Shown in pieces: positions 1 to 7,790 of a stretch of DNA of 9,794 nt. The stretch lies in IMG/VR virus record IMGVR_UViG_2609459845_000003; one strand, written 5' to 3'. The notes below the pieces were generated by a model. The model did no database searches, was not told the DNA's origin, and was given only the letters and a program-made list of their open reading frames with translations. Made by a program: the position numbers and the translations under genes. The stretch is from a virus. Taxonomy: Duplodnaviria > Heunggongvirae > Uroviricota > Caudoviricetes. Position 1 is the first letter of the stretch. The number at the start of each line of letters is the position of its first letter.

Positions 1-6
1 CCTCCT

Positions 7-1335
7 CTATGATATGCGCTGAAATAATCCTGCCTGTCTGATACCCGGAGATGATGTCCATAGCATCGGACCACATGCACGCCACGTGCCCGGTAAACGG
101 GTCTCCCCCACATTACCGGAAGCAACCAGGGGAGTACCATCCGAAAGGCAACATGCAGACAGTGATGAGCCGGCAATGGCTGAGCCCGGTGCCATATCCC
201 CCGAATAACTCGTCGCATAATATGCCGCAAGGACAAAAGAACCGACACCAAACAGTCCGCTGTCAGGACTTCCTGACGGTCCCTGAGGTCCTGCCGGACC
301 TGCGGCTCCCGTATCTCCTTTTGGCCCCTGAGGCCCTGCCTGACCTGCGGCTCCCGTATCCCCTTTTGGCCCCTGTGGTCCTGCCGGGCCTGCAGCTCCC
401 GTATCTCCCTTTGGCCCCTGAGGTCCTGCCGGACCTGCGGCTCCCGTATCTCCTTTTGGCCCCTGAGGTCCTGCCGGGCCTGCAGCTCCCGTATCTCCCT
501 TTGGCCCCTGAGGTCCTGCCGGACCTGCGGCTCCCGTATCTCCTTTTGGCCCCTGAGGTCCTGCCGGGCCTGCAGCTCCCGTATCTCCCTTTGGCCCCTG
601 AGGTCCTGCCGGACCTGCGGCTCCCGTATCTCCTTTTGGCCCCTGAGGCCCTGCCTGACCTGCGGCTCCCGTATCCCCTTTTGGCCCCTGAGGCCCTGCC
701 GGGCCTGCGGCTCCCGTATCCCCTTTTGGCCCCTGAAGCCCTGCCGGGCCTGTATCCCCCTTGTCGCCCTTCGGTCCCAGTGGTCCGCCCGGATCGCCCT
801 GCTCACCTTTCGGACCTGTATCCCCCTTATCGCCCTTGTCACCTTTATCCCCTTTCGGCCCCGGTGGCCCTGCCGGGCCTGTATCGCCCTTGTCCCCCTT
901 CTGTCCCTGTGGACCAGTTGCTCCGGTGTCGCCTTTCAGTCCCTGTGGCCCCACGGCAGTTTCGGCTTTCTCAGCAGCTTCTCGCGCCCTGCGCACAGCC
1001 TCATCCGCCGCCGCTTCCAGCTTCTTCAGTGCATCAGGATAATACGCTGCATCCGTTTCACGGAGCAGAAAGGCATTCAGGGTGCCCGGTTCGTCGTCGG
1101 CCATGACATCAATCTCGCCGGCGCATGCCGGCTGACGACCTTCCACGCACAAGGTCACACGATAACGCCCCGGCTCAACCTGCATGCTGTAACTGCCCGT
1201 TTCGCCTGGCTGGTGCTCTGCCACCGTGGTGACTATCACCGTCTCACTCGTTCGCGTGGCTTTCAGCTCTATGGTGCAGTCCGGTACCGGTTTTCCTGTA
1301 CCATCCTTCAGCACACCTGAAATCTGTACTGACAT
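7..1335 (-). CDS. stf: Side tail fibre protein (Stf-like) with a lambda-Stf-type N-terminal domain, a ~232-residue collagen-like Gly-X-Y shaft and an 82-residue C-terminal tip
   Basis: The N-terminus [28 protein letters not shown]... resembles the lambda Stf / prophage tail-fibre N-terminal domain. Residues 129-360 are uninterrupted G-X-Y triplets ([16 protein letters not shown]...). The ATG at 1333-1335 is preceded by a G-rich Shine-Dalgarno. The tail-fibre assembly gene expected downstream would lie left of the window. Confidence 0.85.
   Translation of the reverse strand: MSVQISGVLKDGTGKPVPDCTIELKATRTSETVIVTTVAEHQPGETGSYSMQVEPGRYRVTLCVEGRQPACAGEIDVMADDEPGTLNAFLLRETDAAYYPDALKKLEAAADEAVRRAREAAEKAETAVGPQGLKGDTGATGPQGQKGDKGDTGPAGPPGPKGDKGDKGDKGDTGPKGEQGDPGGPLGPKGDKGDTGPAGLQGPKGDTGAAGPAGPQGPKGDTGAAGQAGPQGPKGDTGAAGPAGPQGPKGDTGAAGPAGPQGPKGDTGAAGPAGPQGPKGDTGAAGPAGPQGPKGDTGAAGPAGPQGPKGDTGAAGPAGPQGPKGDTGAAGQAGPQGPKGDTGAAGPAGPQGPSGSPDSGLFGVGSFVLAAYYATSYSGDMAPGSAIAGSSLSACCLSDGTPLVASGNVGETRLPGTWRACGPMLWTSSPGIRQAGLFQRIS
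301..750. repeat. Ten tandem direct repeats of a 45-bp unit inside stf, with degenerate copies extending across roughly 256-951
   Basis: Read directly from the sequence: unit TGCGGCTCCCGTATCTCCTTTTGGCCCCTGAGGTCCTGCCGGGCC and close variants at 301, 346, 391 ... 706. Units 3-8 alternate between two variants, giving a 90-bp higher-order period. Each unit encodes 15 residues (five Gly-X-Y triplets) on the minus strand. Confidence 0.95.
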
Positions 1336-2108
1336 ATTCCCCCCACAAAAAAGCCCACCAGAACCGGCGGGCTGTCATAACTCTGTGTTACCTGGCTATG
1401 GTAGTTCACCGTCATCTGCTGACCACCAAACTGCTCCGCATCCACCTGCATCCCCACAATGGCCGTGTTCGGGTAGCACTGTTTCACATCGATGATTTCG
1501 GTGTATGACGACCACAGCGTTCTGTTCTGCAGCTGGTCCGTGGTGCTGTCCGCCGTCTCCCTGACCATCCGGATGTTAAAGGGGCGGGGAGGCAGATTAT
1601 CCAGAATCACCGAGGCCAGGAACTGTGAGGTGGTCTTGCCGTTAATGGTGACATCCTTTTCTGTCACCCAGTTACCGTTACGCTGTAACTGAATCAGCAG
1701 ACGGACAGAGGACGGATTACGGTCACCCTTTGACGTGGTCTCCACCAGTGACTGCACCCCGAAGGTCACCCGCAGGCGGTCAATGTTCGCTGACGTAATG
1801 GTGCGTGTTACCGGTTTTGCCCTGGTCACTTCGACACCCAGTACAGTTTCAGAGCCGGAGGACTCAAAGCCTTCCGGTGGTGTCTGCTCCTGCTCCCCGG
1901 CACGCCAGACCGCGGTCACACCGTGTATCACGGGATTACCGTCCGTGTCCGTCAGCGGGGTTTTGTTCACCAGAATACTCTGCAGGCTTTTCACCGGGCC
2001 TTCTATCGGTCCCTCACCAATCGCATCAATCACGCTCATCATCTGCGTGGATTTGAGATTGTCTTTCGCCTCACGAGGCGTGTGTGCCTTACCGCCACCT
2101 TTTCCCAT
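1308..2108 (-). pseudogene. J: Tail tip / host-specificity protein J-like, N-terminal fragment only (~237 homologous codons of an expected ~1130)
   Basis: MGKGGGKAHTPREAKDNLKSTQMMSVIDAIGEGPIEGP...TLWSSYTEIIDVKQCYPNTAIVGMQVDAEQFGGQQ matches the lambda gpJ N-terminus. Homology is lost after ...NYH (about 1398), and the frame then runs through the stf upstream intergenic region to a stop at 1308. A good Shine-Dalgarno (GGGGAAGG) precedes the ATG at 2106-2108. Confidence 0.85.
1346..1373 (-). terminator. Rho-independent terminator (minus strand) immediately upstream of stf
   Basis: On the minus strand AGCCCGCC pairs with GGTGGGCT (one G-U pair) across the loop GGTTCT, followed by TTTTTT. It lies 10-40 nt upstream of the stf start codon. 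Confidence 0.45.
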
Positions 2109-2211
2109 ACAGCCTTCCCCTGAATAAATTAACCGCCACTTGCCATTCCGTACAGAAGTCGGATATCCTTCGCCCGAAAAGCATGAAACACATTTCTGCC
2201 ATGCTAAAGAG

Positions 2212-2247
2212 AAACCCCGGTATCAGCAGATACCGGGGTTTTCTTTC
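2212..2247. terminator. Strong GC-rich hairpin with T-rich tracts on both sides, a possible bidirectional intrinsic terminator
   Basis: CCCCGGTATC (2215-2224) pairs with GATACCGGGG (2229-2238) across a 4-nt loop, extendable by AAA/TTT. It is followed by TTTTCTTTC on the plus strand and TTTCTCTTT on the minus strand. Confidence 0.5.
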
Positions 2248-2313
2248 ATGCCCACCGATAATCCTGTTGGTTAAAACCGGTAATGGCATAAAAATTCTGA
2301 ATATCTTCACATT

Positions 2314-2341
2314 TTCACAAACTGACCGTGGCGCGTATAAT
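2314..2341 (+). promoter_or_regulatory. Candidate sigma70 promoter pointing rightward, antisense to the phage late genes
   Basis: TTCACA (2314-2319), a 16-nt spacer, then a perfect TATAAT (2336-2341), with an AT-rich tract upstream (2291-2313) that could act as an UP element. Confidence 0.4.
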
Positions 2342-2347
2342 TTCTCT

Positions 2348-2446
2348 GCGTTAATTTTTTTGTCGTGATATAAGAATAATTCCTTACACTTAATCTTCGT
2401 AACTCTCCCGCAGTTCCTGTCCGCGATCACTGCGGGATTTTTTTAT
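2348..2446 (+). ncRNA. Hypothetical small non-coding transcript (~100 nt) bounded by the candidate promoter and an intrinsic terminator
   Basis: There is no ATG-initiated ORF between the predicted start site (~2348) and the terminator T-tract (2438-2444). The interval lies in a 343-bp AT-rich gap between I and J. This is structural inference only; I recognise no homolog. Confidence 0.25.
2406..2446 (+). terminator. Rho-independent terminator, plus-strand orientation
   Basis: A 9-bp stem, TCCCGCAGT (2406-2414) pairing with ACTGCGGGA (2429-2437), encloses a 14-nt loop and is followed by TTTTTTT (2438-2444). The opposite strand has no T-tract after the stem. Confidence 0.5.
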
Positions 2447-2451
2447 TCTTT

Positions 2452-3117
2452 TTACCCCTGCCGCCCGATAACCACGACCTTTCCGCCCCCGCCTTCATCA
2501 CGGGTGCTGATGTCCTGGGATATACGGCGGGAGCCAACCAGCATTTCCCCGTAAGGCACCGGCATCGGGTTCCCCTGGGCAATCATGTTATCCAGCGAGG
2601 AAAAGTACGTGTTCTGTCTGCCGTTATCCGTTGCGCGGTAATCCGGTGTTTTTGCCTTCGGGGCCAGCATCTGGGCCACACCGCCCAGTATCATGCTGGC
2701 ACCCAGTGAAAACAGCATCGTGGTGGCAGAAAAACCACCGGCACTCAGGGCTGTACCCCATAACGCCATCGAGCCTCCGGCCGTGAAGAAAGAGCCCACG
2801 ATGGCTGCCGCCCCCAACACAATCTGCAGTCCACCCTTTCCGGCCCCGGCCAGTCGCGGCACAATGTGGATGACCGTTCCCTCACCCAGCTGTTCGTGAA
2901 GGCGGGCGTACACCACCTCCGGTGCCGTGTCTTCACCGGCAATACGTATCTGGTACCAGCCTTCGTTCATCTGAAGGCGAAAGCCCGGCATCTGCATCGA
3001 CAGGGCGCGAATGGCTTCCGCTGCCGTGTTCACATACAGGCTGAGGCGGCGGCCAAATCGTTGTAAATCCCCGTGGTTGCCCACGGTTGAGCCAGAGATA
3101 ACAGCTTCCACCATCAT
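2452..3117 (-). pseudogene. I: Tail tip assembly protein I-like; the native N-terminus (~20 codons) is missing and replaced by FII-derived sequence
   Basis: From ...GDLQRFGRRLSLYVNTAAEAIRAL... through ...FSLGASMILGGVAQMLAPKAKTPDYRATDNGRQNTYFSSLDNMIAQGN...GKVVVIGR the ORF resembles lambda gpI (ubiquitin-like tail assembly protein). The first ~15 codons (MMVEAVISGSTVGNH) are FII DNA read in a different frame. Confidence 0.7.
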
Positions 3118-3403
3118 CCGGCGAAACCCGGTCTATCCAGAAGTTTTCCTCACCGATGGTCAGCGTGTCTCCACGCCGCAGTTGCCGCACATCATCAGTC
3201 CGGACAAACAGGGACGGGCTGGAGCCTTCAACGCGCACGCCCTGTCCGGCATAGCTGATATTTTCAGGGTCATCAAAAACACCACGTATTACTGCGCCGG
3301 ACTGCTCACCGGATGTCATGGTGGCTGACGTTCCCATGTACCCGCGTATCGTTTCATCGGCGCGGGCAATGGCAGCATCGAACAGGTTATCGAAATCAGC
3401 CAC
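2933..3403 (-). pseudogene. FII: Head completion / head-tail connector FII-like; the C-terminus is replaced by out-of-frame read-through into the I region
   Basis: MADFDNLFDAAIARADETIRGYMGTSAT...DRVSPDDGGSCYLWLNRG matches lambda gpFII (117 aa as recalled) to about residue 108. In place of the short native C-terminus the frame runs on for ~48 codons (QPRGFTTIWPPPQPV...) across sequence that encodes the I protein in another frame. Confidence 0.75.
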
Positions 3404-3414
3404 AGCGCCTCCCG

Positions 3415-3810
3415 TTATTGCATTCTGGCCAGGCCGCGCTCTGTCATTTCAGCTGCCACACCGGCAGAGACACGGAACGCCGTTCCCGGCAGCACAAATG
3501 CCACAGTGTCATCCCGCGTGGCGTGAAGTGCATCAGTATGCAGCGTCACCAGTGCCACGACCGTGACCAGAGCAGCCGTATCAATCACGGTATCCGGCTG
3601 CGCTGATACCACCTCATTTTCATGTCCGGTCAGCGCATTTTCCGGGCTGACAGATGTGTCCTGACCGGCAGCGTCATCCGTGTCATCAAGCTCCTCTTCC
3701 AGCTCTGCCACACGGAGCACCAGTTCTTCTTTCGTCCCCGTCAGGCTGACATCACGGTTCAGTTGCTCACCCAGCACCTGAAGACGGGCAATCAGTTCAT
3801 CTTTCGTCAT
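3415..3810 (-). CDS. FI: DNA-packaging protein FI-like, 131 aa
   Basis: MTKDELIARLQVLGEQLNRDVSLTGTKEELVLRVAELEEELDDTDD...AEMTERGLARMQ matches lambda gpFI. The start is the ATG at 3808-3810 with GGAGGAG immediately upstream on the minus strand. The ORF-track start at 3849 is an upstream in-frame extension. Confidence 0.9.
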   Translation of the reverse strand: MTKDELIARLQVLGEQLNRDVSLTGTKEELVLRVAELEEELDDTDDAAGQDTSVSPENALTGHENEVVSAQPDTVIDTAALVTVVALVTLHTDALHATRDDTVAFVLPGTAFRVSAGVAAEMTERGLARMQ

Positions 3811-3851
3811 GGACTCCTCCACAGAGAGAAAATGGCCCCGAAGGGCCATGA

Positions 3852-4877
3852 TTACGCCAGTTGTACGGACACGAACGCATCAGGATCAGCCAGCAGCATC
3901 AGCGGTGCTGACTGAATCATGGTGAACTCACGCGCCGGATCGCCGGTGGTCACCCAGTTTTTCGGGTAGCGGGCAGAGGCGTTAATACCTTCGCGCTGTG
4001 CGTCCGCATCCTGAATGCAGCCATAGGTGCGCAGACCGCGTGCCTGAGTGTTCCCCAGCACCATCGTGTTGTCCGGCAGGAAGTTCTTTTTGACGTCGTT
4101 TTCCACGTACTGTCCGGAATACACGACGATCGCCGTATCGCCATACATCCCCTTATAGGACACCGCTTCGCCCAGGTCTTTTACCGCTGTCTCCAGCTCG
4201 GAATTAGAGCCGCGACGGGTATCCAGCTTCTCCTTGACGGCTTTGAAGGAACGGAACAGCGCCCAGCCTTTCGGATCAAACACGATGATATTCACCACGC
4301 CGCTGGCGTTCAGCGCGTAGGCTTCGATATCGTCGGTCGGGTCATACGTGGACTTGTCACGCTTGCTCCACTCCGTGCCGCCGGACTGCGTGATGTTGTT
4401 CGCCGCACTGCGGCCCATATCCACCTCAACCGGATCGAAGGCTTCACCGGTCATGGTGTATTTGCCCTTGAGCACGGCAGAAACGGCCTGCATCTCTTCG
4501 ACCTGAGCAATGGCCAGCTCTTCGTCACGCATGTTCTGCATGATGATGCGACGGCGGCGGTAAGTCGGGTCCGCCAGATTCTGCGGATCTTCATCCGGCA
4601 GGCGACGCAGGGTCATCTGCGGATTCACTTCATGCTTGGGTTTGACATATCCCGGCGTAAATTCAGAGGTGGAGCCGCCACGGGAACGGATAACCTCACC
4701 GGAAACAATCGGCGAAACGTACAGCGCCATGTTTACCAGTCCCGGAATTTGTGAGAGATAGACTTTCTCCGTAGTGAAGGGATAGCTCTCACGGAAAAAG
4801 AGACGCAGAAACAGCGGATCAAACTTAAATTTCTGCTCATTTGCCGCCAGCAGCTGGGCGGTTGTGTACATCGACAT
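3852..4877 (-). CDS. E: Major capsid protein (lambda gpE-like, HK97 fold), 341 aa
   Basis: MSMYTTAQLLAANEQKFKFDPLFLRLFFRESYPFTTEKVYLSQIPGLVNMALYVSPIVSGEVIRSRGG...FVSVQLA is near-identical to lambda gpE with the same length. The 55-nt D-E spacer matches lambda. Confidence 0.95.
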   Translation of the reverse strand: MSMYTTAQLLAANEQKFKFDPLFLRLFFRESYPFTTEKVYLSQIPGLVNMALYVSPIVSGEVIRSRGGSTSEFTPGYVKPKHEVNPQMTLRRLPDEDPQNLADPTYRRRRIIMQNMRDEELAIAQVEEMQAVSAVLKGKYTMTGEAFDPVEVDMGRSAANNITQSGGTEWSKRDKSTYDPTDDIEAYALNASGVVNIIVFDPKGWALFRSFKAVKEKLDTRRGSNSELETAVKDLGEAVSYKGMYGDTAIVVYSGQYVENDVKKNFLPDNTMVLGNTQARGLRTYGCIQDADAQREGINASARYPKNWVTTGDPAREFTMIQSAPLMLLADPDAFVSVQLA

Positions 4878-4932
4878 AAAAAAATCCCGTAAAAAAAGCC
4901 GAACAGGCGGCCTTTAGTGATGAAGGGTAAAG

Positions 4933-5265
4933 TTAAACGATGCTGATTGCCGTTCCGGCAAACGCGGTCCGTTTTTTCGTCTCGTCGCTGGCAGCCTCCG
5001 GCCAGAGCACATCCTCATAACGGAACGTGCCGGACTTGTAGAACGTCAGCGTGGTGCTGGTCTGGTCAGCAGCAACCGCAAGAATGCCAACGGCAGCACC
5101 GTCGGTGGTGCCATCCCACGCAACCAGCTTACGGGTGGAGGTGTCCAGCATCAGCGGGGTCATTGCAGGCGCTTTCGCACTCAATCCGCCGGGCGCGGTT
5201 GCGGTATGAGCCGGGTCACTGTTGCCCAGCGGCTGGTAATGGGTAAAGGTTTCTTTGCTCGTCAT
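4933..5265 (-). CDS. D: Head decoration protein (lambda gpD-like), 110 aa
   Basis: [43 protein letters not shown]...FAGTAISIV is near-identical to lambda gpD. The true start is the ATG at 5263-5265, two codons inside the ORF-track start. It sits 9 nt after the C stop, as in lambda. Confidence 0.92.
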   Translation of the reverse strand: MTSKETFTHYQPLGNSDPAHTATAPGGLSAKAPAMTPLMLDTSTRKLVAWDGTTDGAAVGILAVAADQTSTTLTFYKSGTFRYEDVLWPEAASDETKKRTAFAGTAISIV

Positions 5266-5274
5266 AAACATCCC

Positions 5275-5880
5275 TTACACTGGTGTGTTCAGCAAATCGT
5301 TAACGGCATCAGATGCCAGGTTACCTGCAGCCAGCGGTGCCGGTGCCCCCTGCATCAGACGATCCAGCGCAGTATCACTGCGCGCCTGTGCACTCTGTGG
5401 TGCTGCGGCCAGAATGCGGCGGGCCGTTTCCACGGTCATACCGGGGGGTTCTGCCAGCACGCGGGCCTGTTCTTCGCGTCCGTGAGCCTCCTCACAGTTG
5501 AGGATCCCCATAATGCGGCTGTTTTCTGCCGCAACCGCAGCGTTGATCTGCGCGTTCACGTCCGGCTGCGCCGCGCTGGCGTTTTCGCCCTCCATCGCTG
5601 GCACCACGCCAGTAACGTCAGCCTGCGAAGCAGTGGCTGAAACAGTTGTTGATTGAGTCTCTTTGGTCATTCGCCCTCCTGAGAGACGGGATTTACGTGC
5701 ATCCAGTGCATCACGCATGATGGTGATCGCATCGGTACTGTTAACAAGTTCATCAGCCAGTCCGGCATCAATGGCCTCCTGACCGCTGTACACTGCAGCC
5801 TCGGTATCCAGCACAGCCTGCACGGACAGGCCGGTATATGCCGACACCTTCTGTGCAAACATCCGGCGGGTTGCATCCAT
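5275..5880 (-). CDS. nu3: Scaffolding protein Nu3-like, an in-frame nested gene sharing the C-terminal ~201 codons of C
   Basis: An internal ATG at 5878-5880 in the C frame begins MDATRRMFAQKVSAYTGLSVQ..., which corresponds to the lambda Nu3 start as recalled. The nested C/Nu3 arrangement is established for lambda. Confidence 0.7.
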   Translation of the reverse strand: MDATRRMFAQKVSAYTGLSVQAVLDTEAAVYSGQEAIDAGLADELVNSTDAITIMRDALDARKSRLSGGRMTKETQSTTVSATASQADVTGVVPAMEGENASAAQPDVNAQINAAVAAENSRIMGILNCEEAHGREEQARVLAEPPGMTVETARRILAAAPQSAQARSDTALDRLMQGAPAPLAAGNLASDAVNDLLNTPV

Positions 5881-6594
5881 CCGGGACTGCAGTGTTTCCC
5901 GGACATCATCCGGTAGATGGCTGTAGGGGTTGCCATCCACCTTATGGCTGCCGCTGTAAATCAGCGTGATTTCCACGCCCTGTTTCTCCAGCGCAGCACC
6001 GTAATTACTGTGAGCCATCATGACGCCGATGGAGCCTGTCCGGGCGGTCTGCGTGACCAGACGCCGGGAGGCGGCACTGGCAAGCAGCTGACCTGCGCTG
6101 CAGTTCATGTCATTGGCCAGCGCCCATACCGGCTTTATGTCACGCACACGGGCGATGATGTCAGCGCAGTCAAATGCCCCTGCCACCATTCCGCCGGGCG
6201 TGTCCATATCCAGCAGAATGCCGTCCACCATCGGGTCGCTGGCAGCCTGTTGCAGACGGGCGATAATGCCGTTGTAACCAGTCATCCCCGAATACGGCTG
6301 CAGCGCCCGCGTCCGGCAGACCAGCGTGCCGGAAACCGGCAGCACGGCGATGCCGTTCATGACCTGATAACTGCGGGCCTGTCGTGGTCCGTCATCATTA
6401 ACGGATAACGCCAGCTTCGCGGGTGCCTCTCCGGCAGTCAGGCTGTCACCGGACACCGCATCCGTCAGGCGGCTGATCCCAAGCTGGCCTGCAAGCGCAC
6501 AAAAGAAAACCCGCGCATAGGCGGGTTCAAGCATAAGCGGCTCATTAAAGGCCATGCTGGCAATATGCGGGAGATTACGCAGCTCTGCTGTCAC
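5275..6594 (-). CDS. C: Capsid assembly/maturation protease (lambda gpC-like, S49 peptidase family), 439 aa
   Basis: (V/M)TAELRNLPHIASMAFNEPLMLEPAYARVFFCALAGQLGIS... matches lambda gpC throughout. The start is GTG at 6592-6594, preceded by a strong Shine-Dalgarno (AGGAGGAG on the minus strand, 6597-6606). It overlaps the B stop by 20 nt as in lambda. The ORF track extends further upstream to a non-homologous start. Confidence 0.9.
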   Translation of the reverse strand: MTAELRNLPHIASMAFNEPLMLEPAYARVFFCALAGQLGISRLTDAVSGDSLTAGEAPAKLALSVNDDGPRQARSYQVMNGIAVLPVSGTLVCRTRALQPYSGMTGYNGIIARLQQAASDPMVDGILLDMDTPGGMVAGAFDCADIIARVRDIKPVWALANDMNCSAGQLLASAASRRLVTQTARTGSIGVMMAHSNYGAALEKQGVEITLIYSGSHKVDGNPYSHLPDDVRETLQSRMDATRRMFAQKVSAYTGLSVQAVLDTEAAVYSGQEAIDAGLADELVNSTDAITIMRDALDARKSRLSGGRMTKETQSTTVSATASQADVTGVVPAMEGENASAAQPDVNAQINAAVAAENSRIMGILNCEEAHGREEQARVLAEPPGMTVETARRILAAAPQSAQARSDTALDRLMQGAPAPLAAGNLASDAVNDLLNTPV

Positions 6595-7747
6595 TCTTCT
6601 CCTCCTCTGTTGATTGTCGCAGTCCGGATTCAAATGCCGCAGCCGCCCAGGCGGGCGGTTTAAGACCGGCTGCACGGCGCTCCATCGTTTCACGGACCTG
6701 CTGGGCAAAAATTTCCTGATAGTCGTCACCGCGTTTTGCGCACTCTTTCTCGTAGGTACTCAGTCCGGCTTCTATCAGCATCACCGCTTCCTGTACTTCT
6801 TTCAGACCATCGATGGCCATACGACCGGAGCCTATCCAGTCACAGTTCCCCCAGGCGCTGCGGGCTTCCTGAAAGCTGAAACGCGCTTTTGAAGGTAACG
6901 TCACCACGCGGCGAACGATGGCCTCTTCCAGCCAGCACAGAAACATCTGGCTCGCCTGACGGGATGCGACGAATTTTCGCCGCCCCATAAAGTACGCCCA
7001 CGACTCGTTCGCACTGGCCCGTGCCGTGGAATAGCTCATCTGGGCGTAATTCCGGGAAAGCTGCTCATACGAGACACCCAGCCCGGCAGCGATATACCGC
7101 AACAGTGACTGCTCAAACACGGAGTAGCCGTTATCCGTATCCTGAGCCGTCTGCAGGTTCAGTGAGTCACCCGGCATCAGGTGCGGCACTTTTGCGCCTC
7201 CCAGCCGAACCGGTGCTGCGGCGTAATACGCGGCAATTTCACCAATCCAGCCGGTCAGCTTGTCCCGCTGCTCCTGACTGTTCGCGCCCAGAATAAAATC
7301 CATCGCTGACTGCGTATCCAGCTCACTCTCAATGGTGGCGGCATACATCGCCTTCACAATGGCGCTCTGCAGCTGCGTGTTCTGCAGCGTGTCGAGCATC
7401 TTCATCTGCTCCATCACGCTGTAAAACACATTTGCACCGCGGGTCTGCCCGTCCTCCACGGGTTCAAAAACGTGAATGAACGAGGCGCGCCCGCCGGGTA
7501 ACTCACGGGGTATCCATGTCCATTTCTGCGGCATCCAGCCAGGATAGCCGTCCTCGCTGACGTAATATCCCAGCGCCGCACCGCTGTCATTAATCTGCAC
7601 ACCGGCACGGCAGTTCCGGCTGTCGCCGGTATTGTTCGGGTTGCTGATGCGCTTCGGGCTGACCATCCGGAACTGTGTCCGGAAAAGCCACGACGGACTG
7701 GTATCCCAGGTGGCCTGAACGAACAGTTCACCGTTAAAGGCGTGCAT
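6575..7747 (-). pseudogene. B: Portal protein (lambda gpB-like) lacking roughly the N-terminal 143 residues
   Basis: The ORF matches lambda gpB from MHAFNGELFVQATWDTS... through to the C-terminus ...ESGLRQSTEEEKSDSRAA. Upstream of that internal ATG (7745-7747) the frame holds only 8 unrelated codons back to a TTG at 7771, then the A stop codon. Only 15 bp separate A from this ORF, so there is no room for the missing portal N-terminus. Confidence 0.85.
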
Positions 7748-7790
7748 GCAGTGCCGCACGGGCAGCGGCAAGTTCTTCCTGTCGCGTCAT
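7734..7790 (-). pseudogene. W: Remnant of head-tail joining gene W: only the first ~15 codons, then out-of-frame sequence and a stop
   Basis: An ATG at 7788-7790 overlaps the A stop in the ATGA arrangement and encodes MTRQEELAAARAALH, the lambda gpW N-terminus as recalled. It then reads ARL-stop instead of continuing as DLMTGKRV..., so the rest of W is missing. Confidence 0.7.

Noticed and set aside
301-750. Possible CRISPR array, given the regularly spaced direct repeats
   Set aside because: The units abut each other with no unique spacers, they sit inside a continuous ORF, and they encode Gly-X-Y triplets. This is a coding tandem repeat, not CRISPR.
761-1042. 93-aa plus-strand Pro/Ser-rich ORF
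   Set aside because: Another antisense frame through the GC-rich Gly-X-Y coding region of stf; a spurious low-complexity translation.
51-1106. 351-aa plus-strand ORF with repetitive [14 protein letters not shown] motifs
   Set aside because: It is the antisense reading of the 45-bp collagen-like repeats in stf. The repetitive, low-complexity translation is an artifact of the repeat, and there is no independent start context.
2084-2430. 94-aa plus-strand and 113-aa minus-strand ORFs covering the I-J gap
   Set aside because: Both run through the strong hairpin and terminator structures, lack a Shine-Dalgarno, and have low-complexity AT-biased translations. The region looks non-coding.
4878-4932. 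Short hairpin plus T-run in the D-E spacer, a possible terminator
   Set aside because: The stem is only about 4 bp, and D and E are co-expressed late genes in lambda. The T-run more likely belongs to the E translation initiation region.
5667-5936. 89-aa minus-strand ORF near the Nu3 start
   Set aside because: It is an out-of-frame overlap inside C. The genuine nested gene here is the in-frame Nu3, which starts at 5880.
5206-6408. Several plus-strand ORFs (144, 76, 62 and 163 aa) antisense to D and C
   Set aside because: They are antisense frames within well-supported minus-strand genes, with unusual Cys/Arg/His-rich composition and no start signals. They are most likely spurious.
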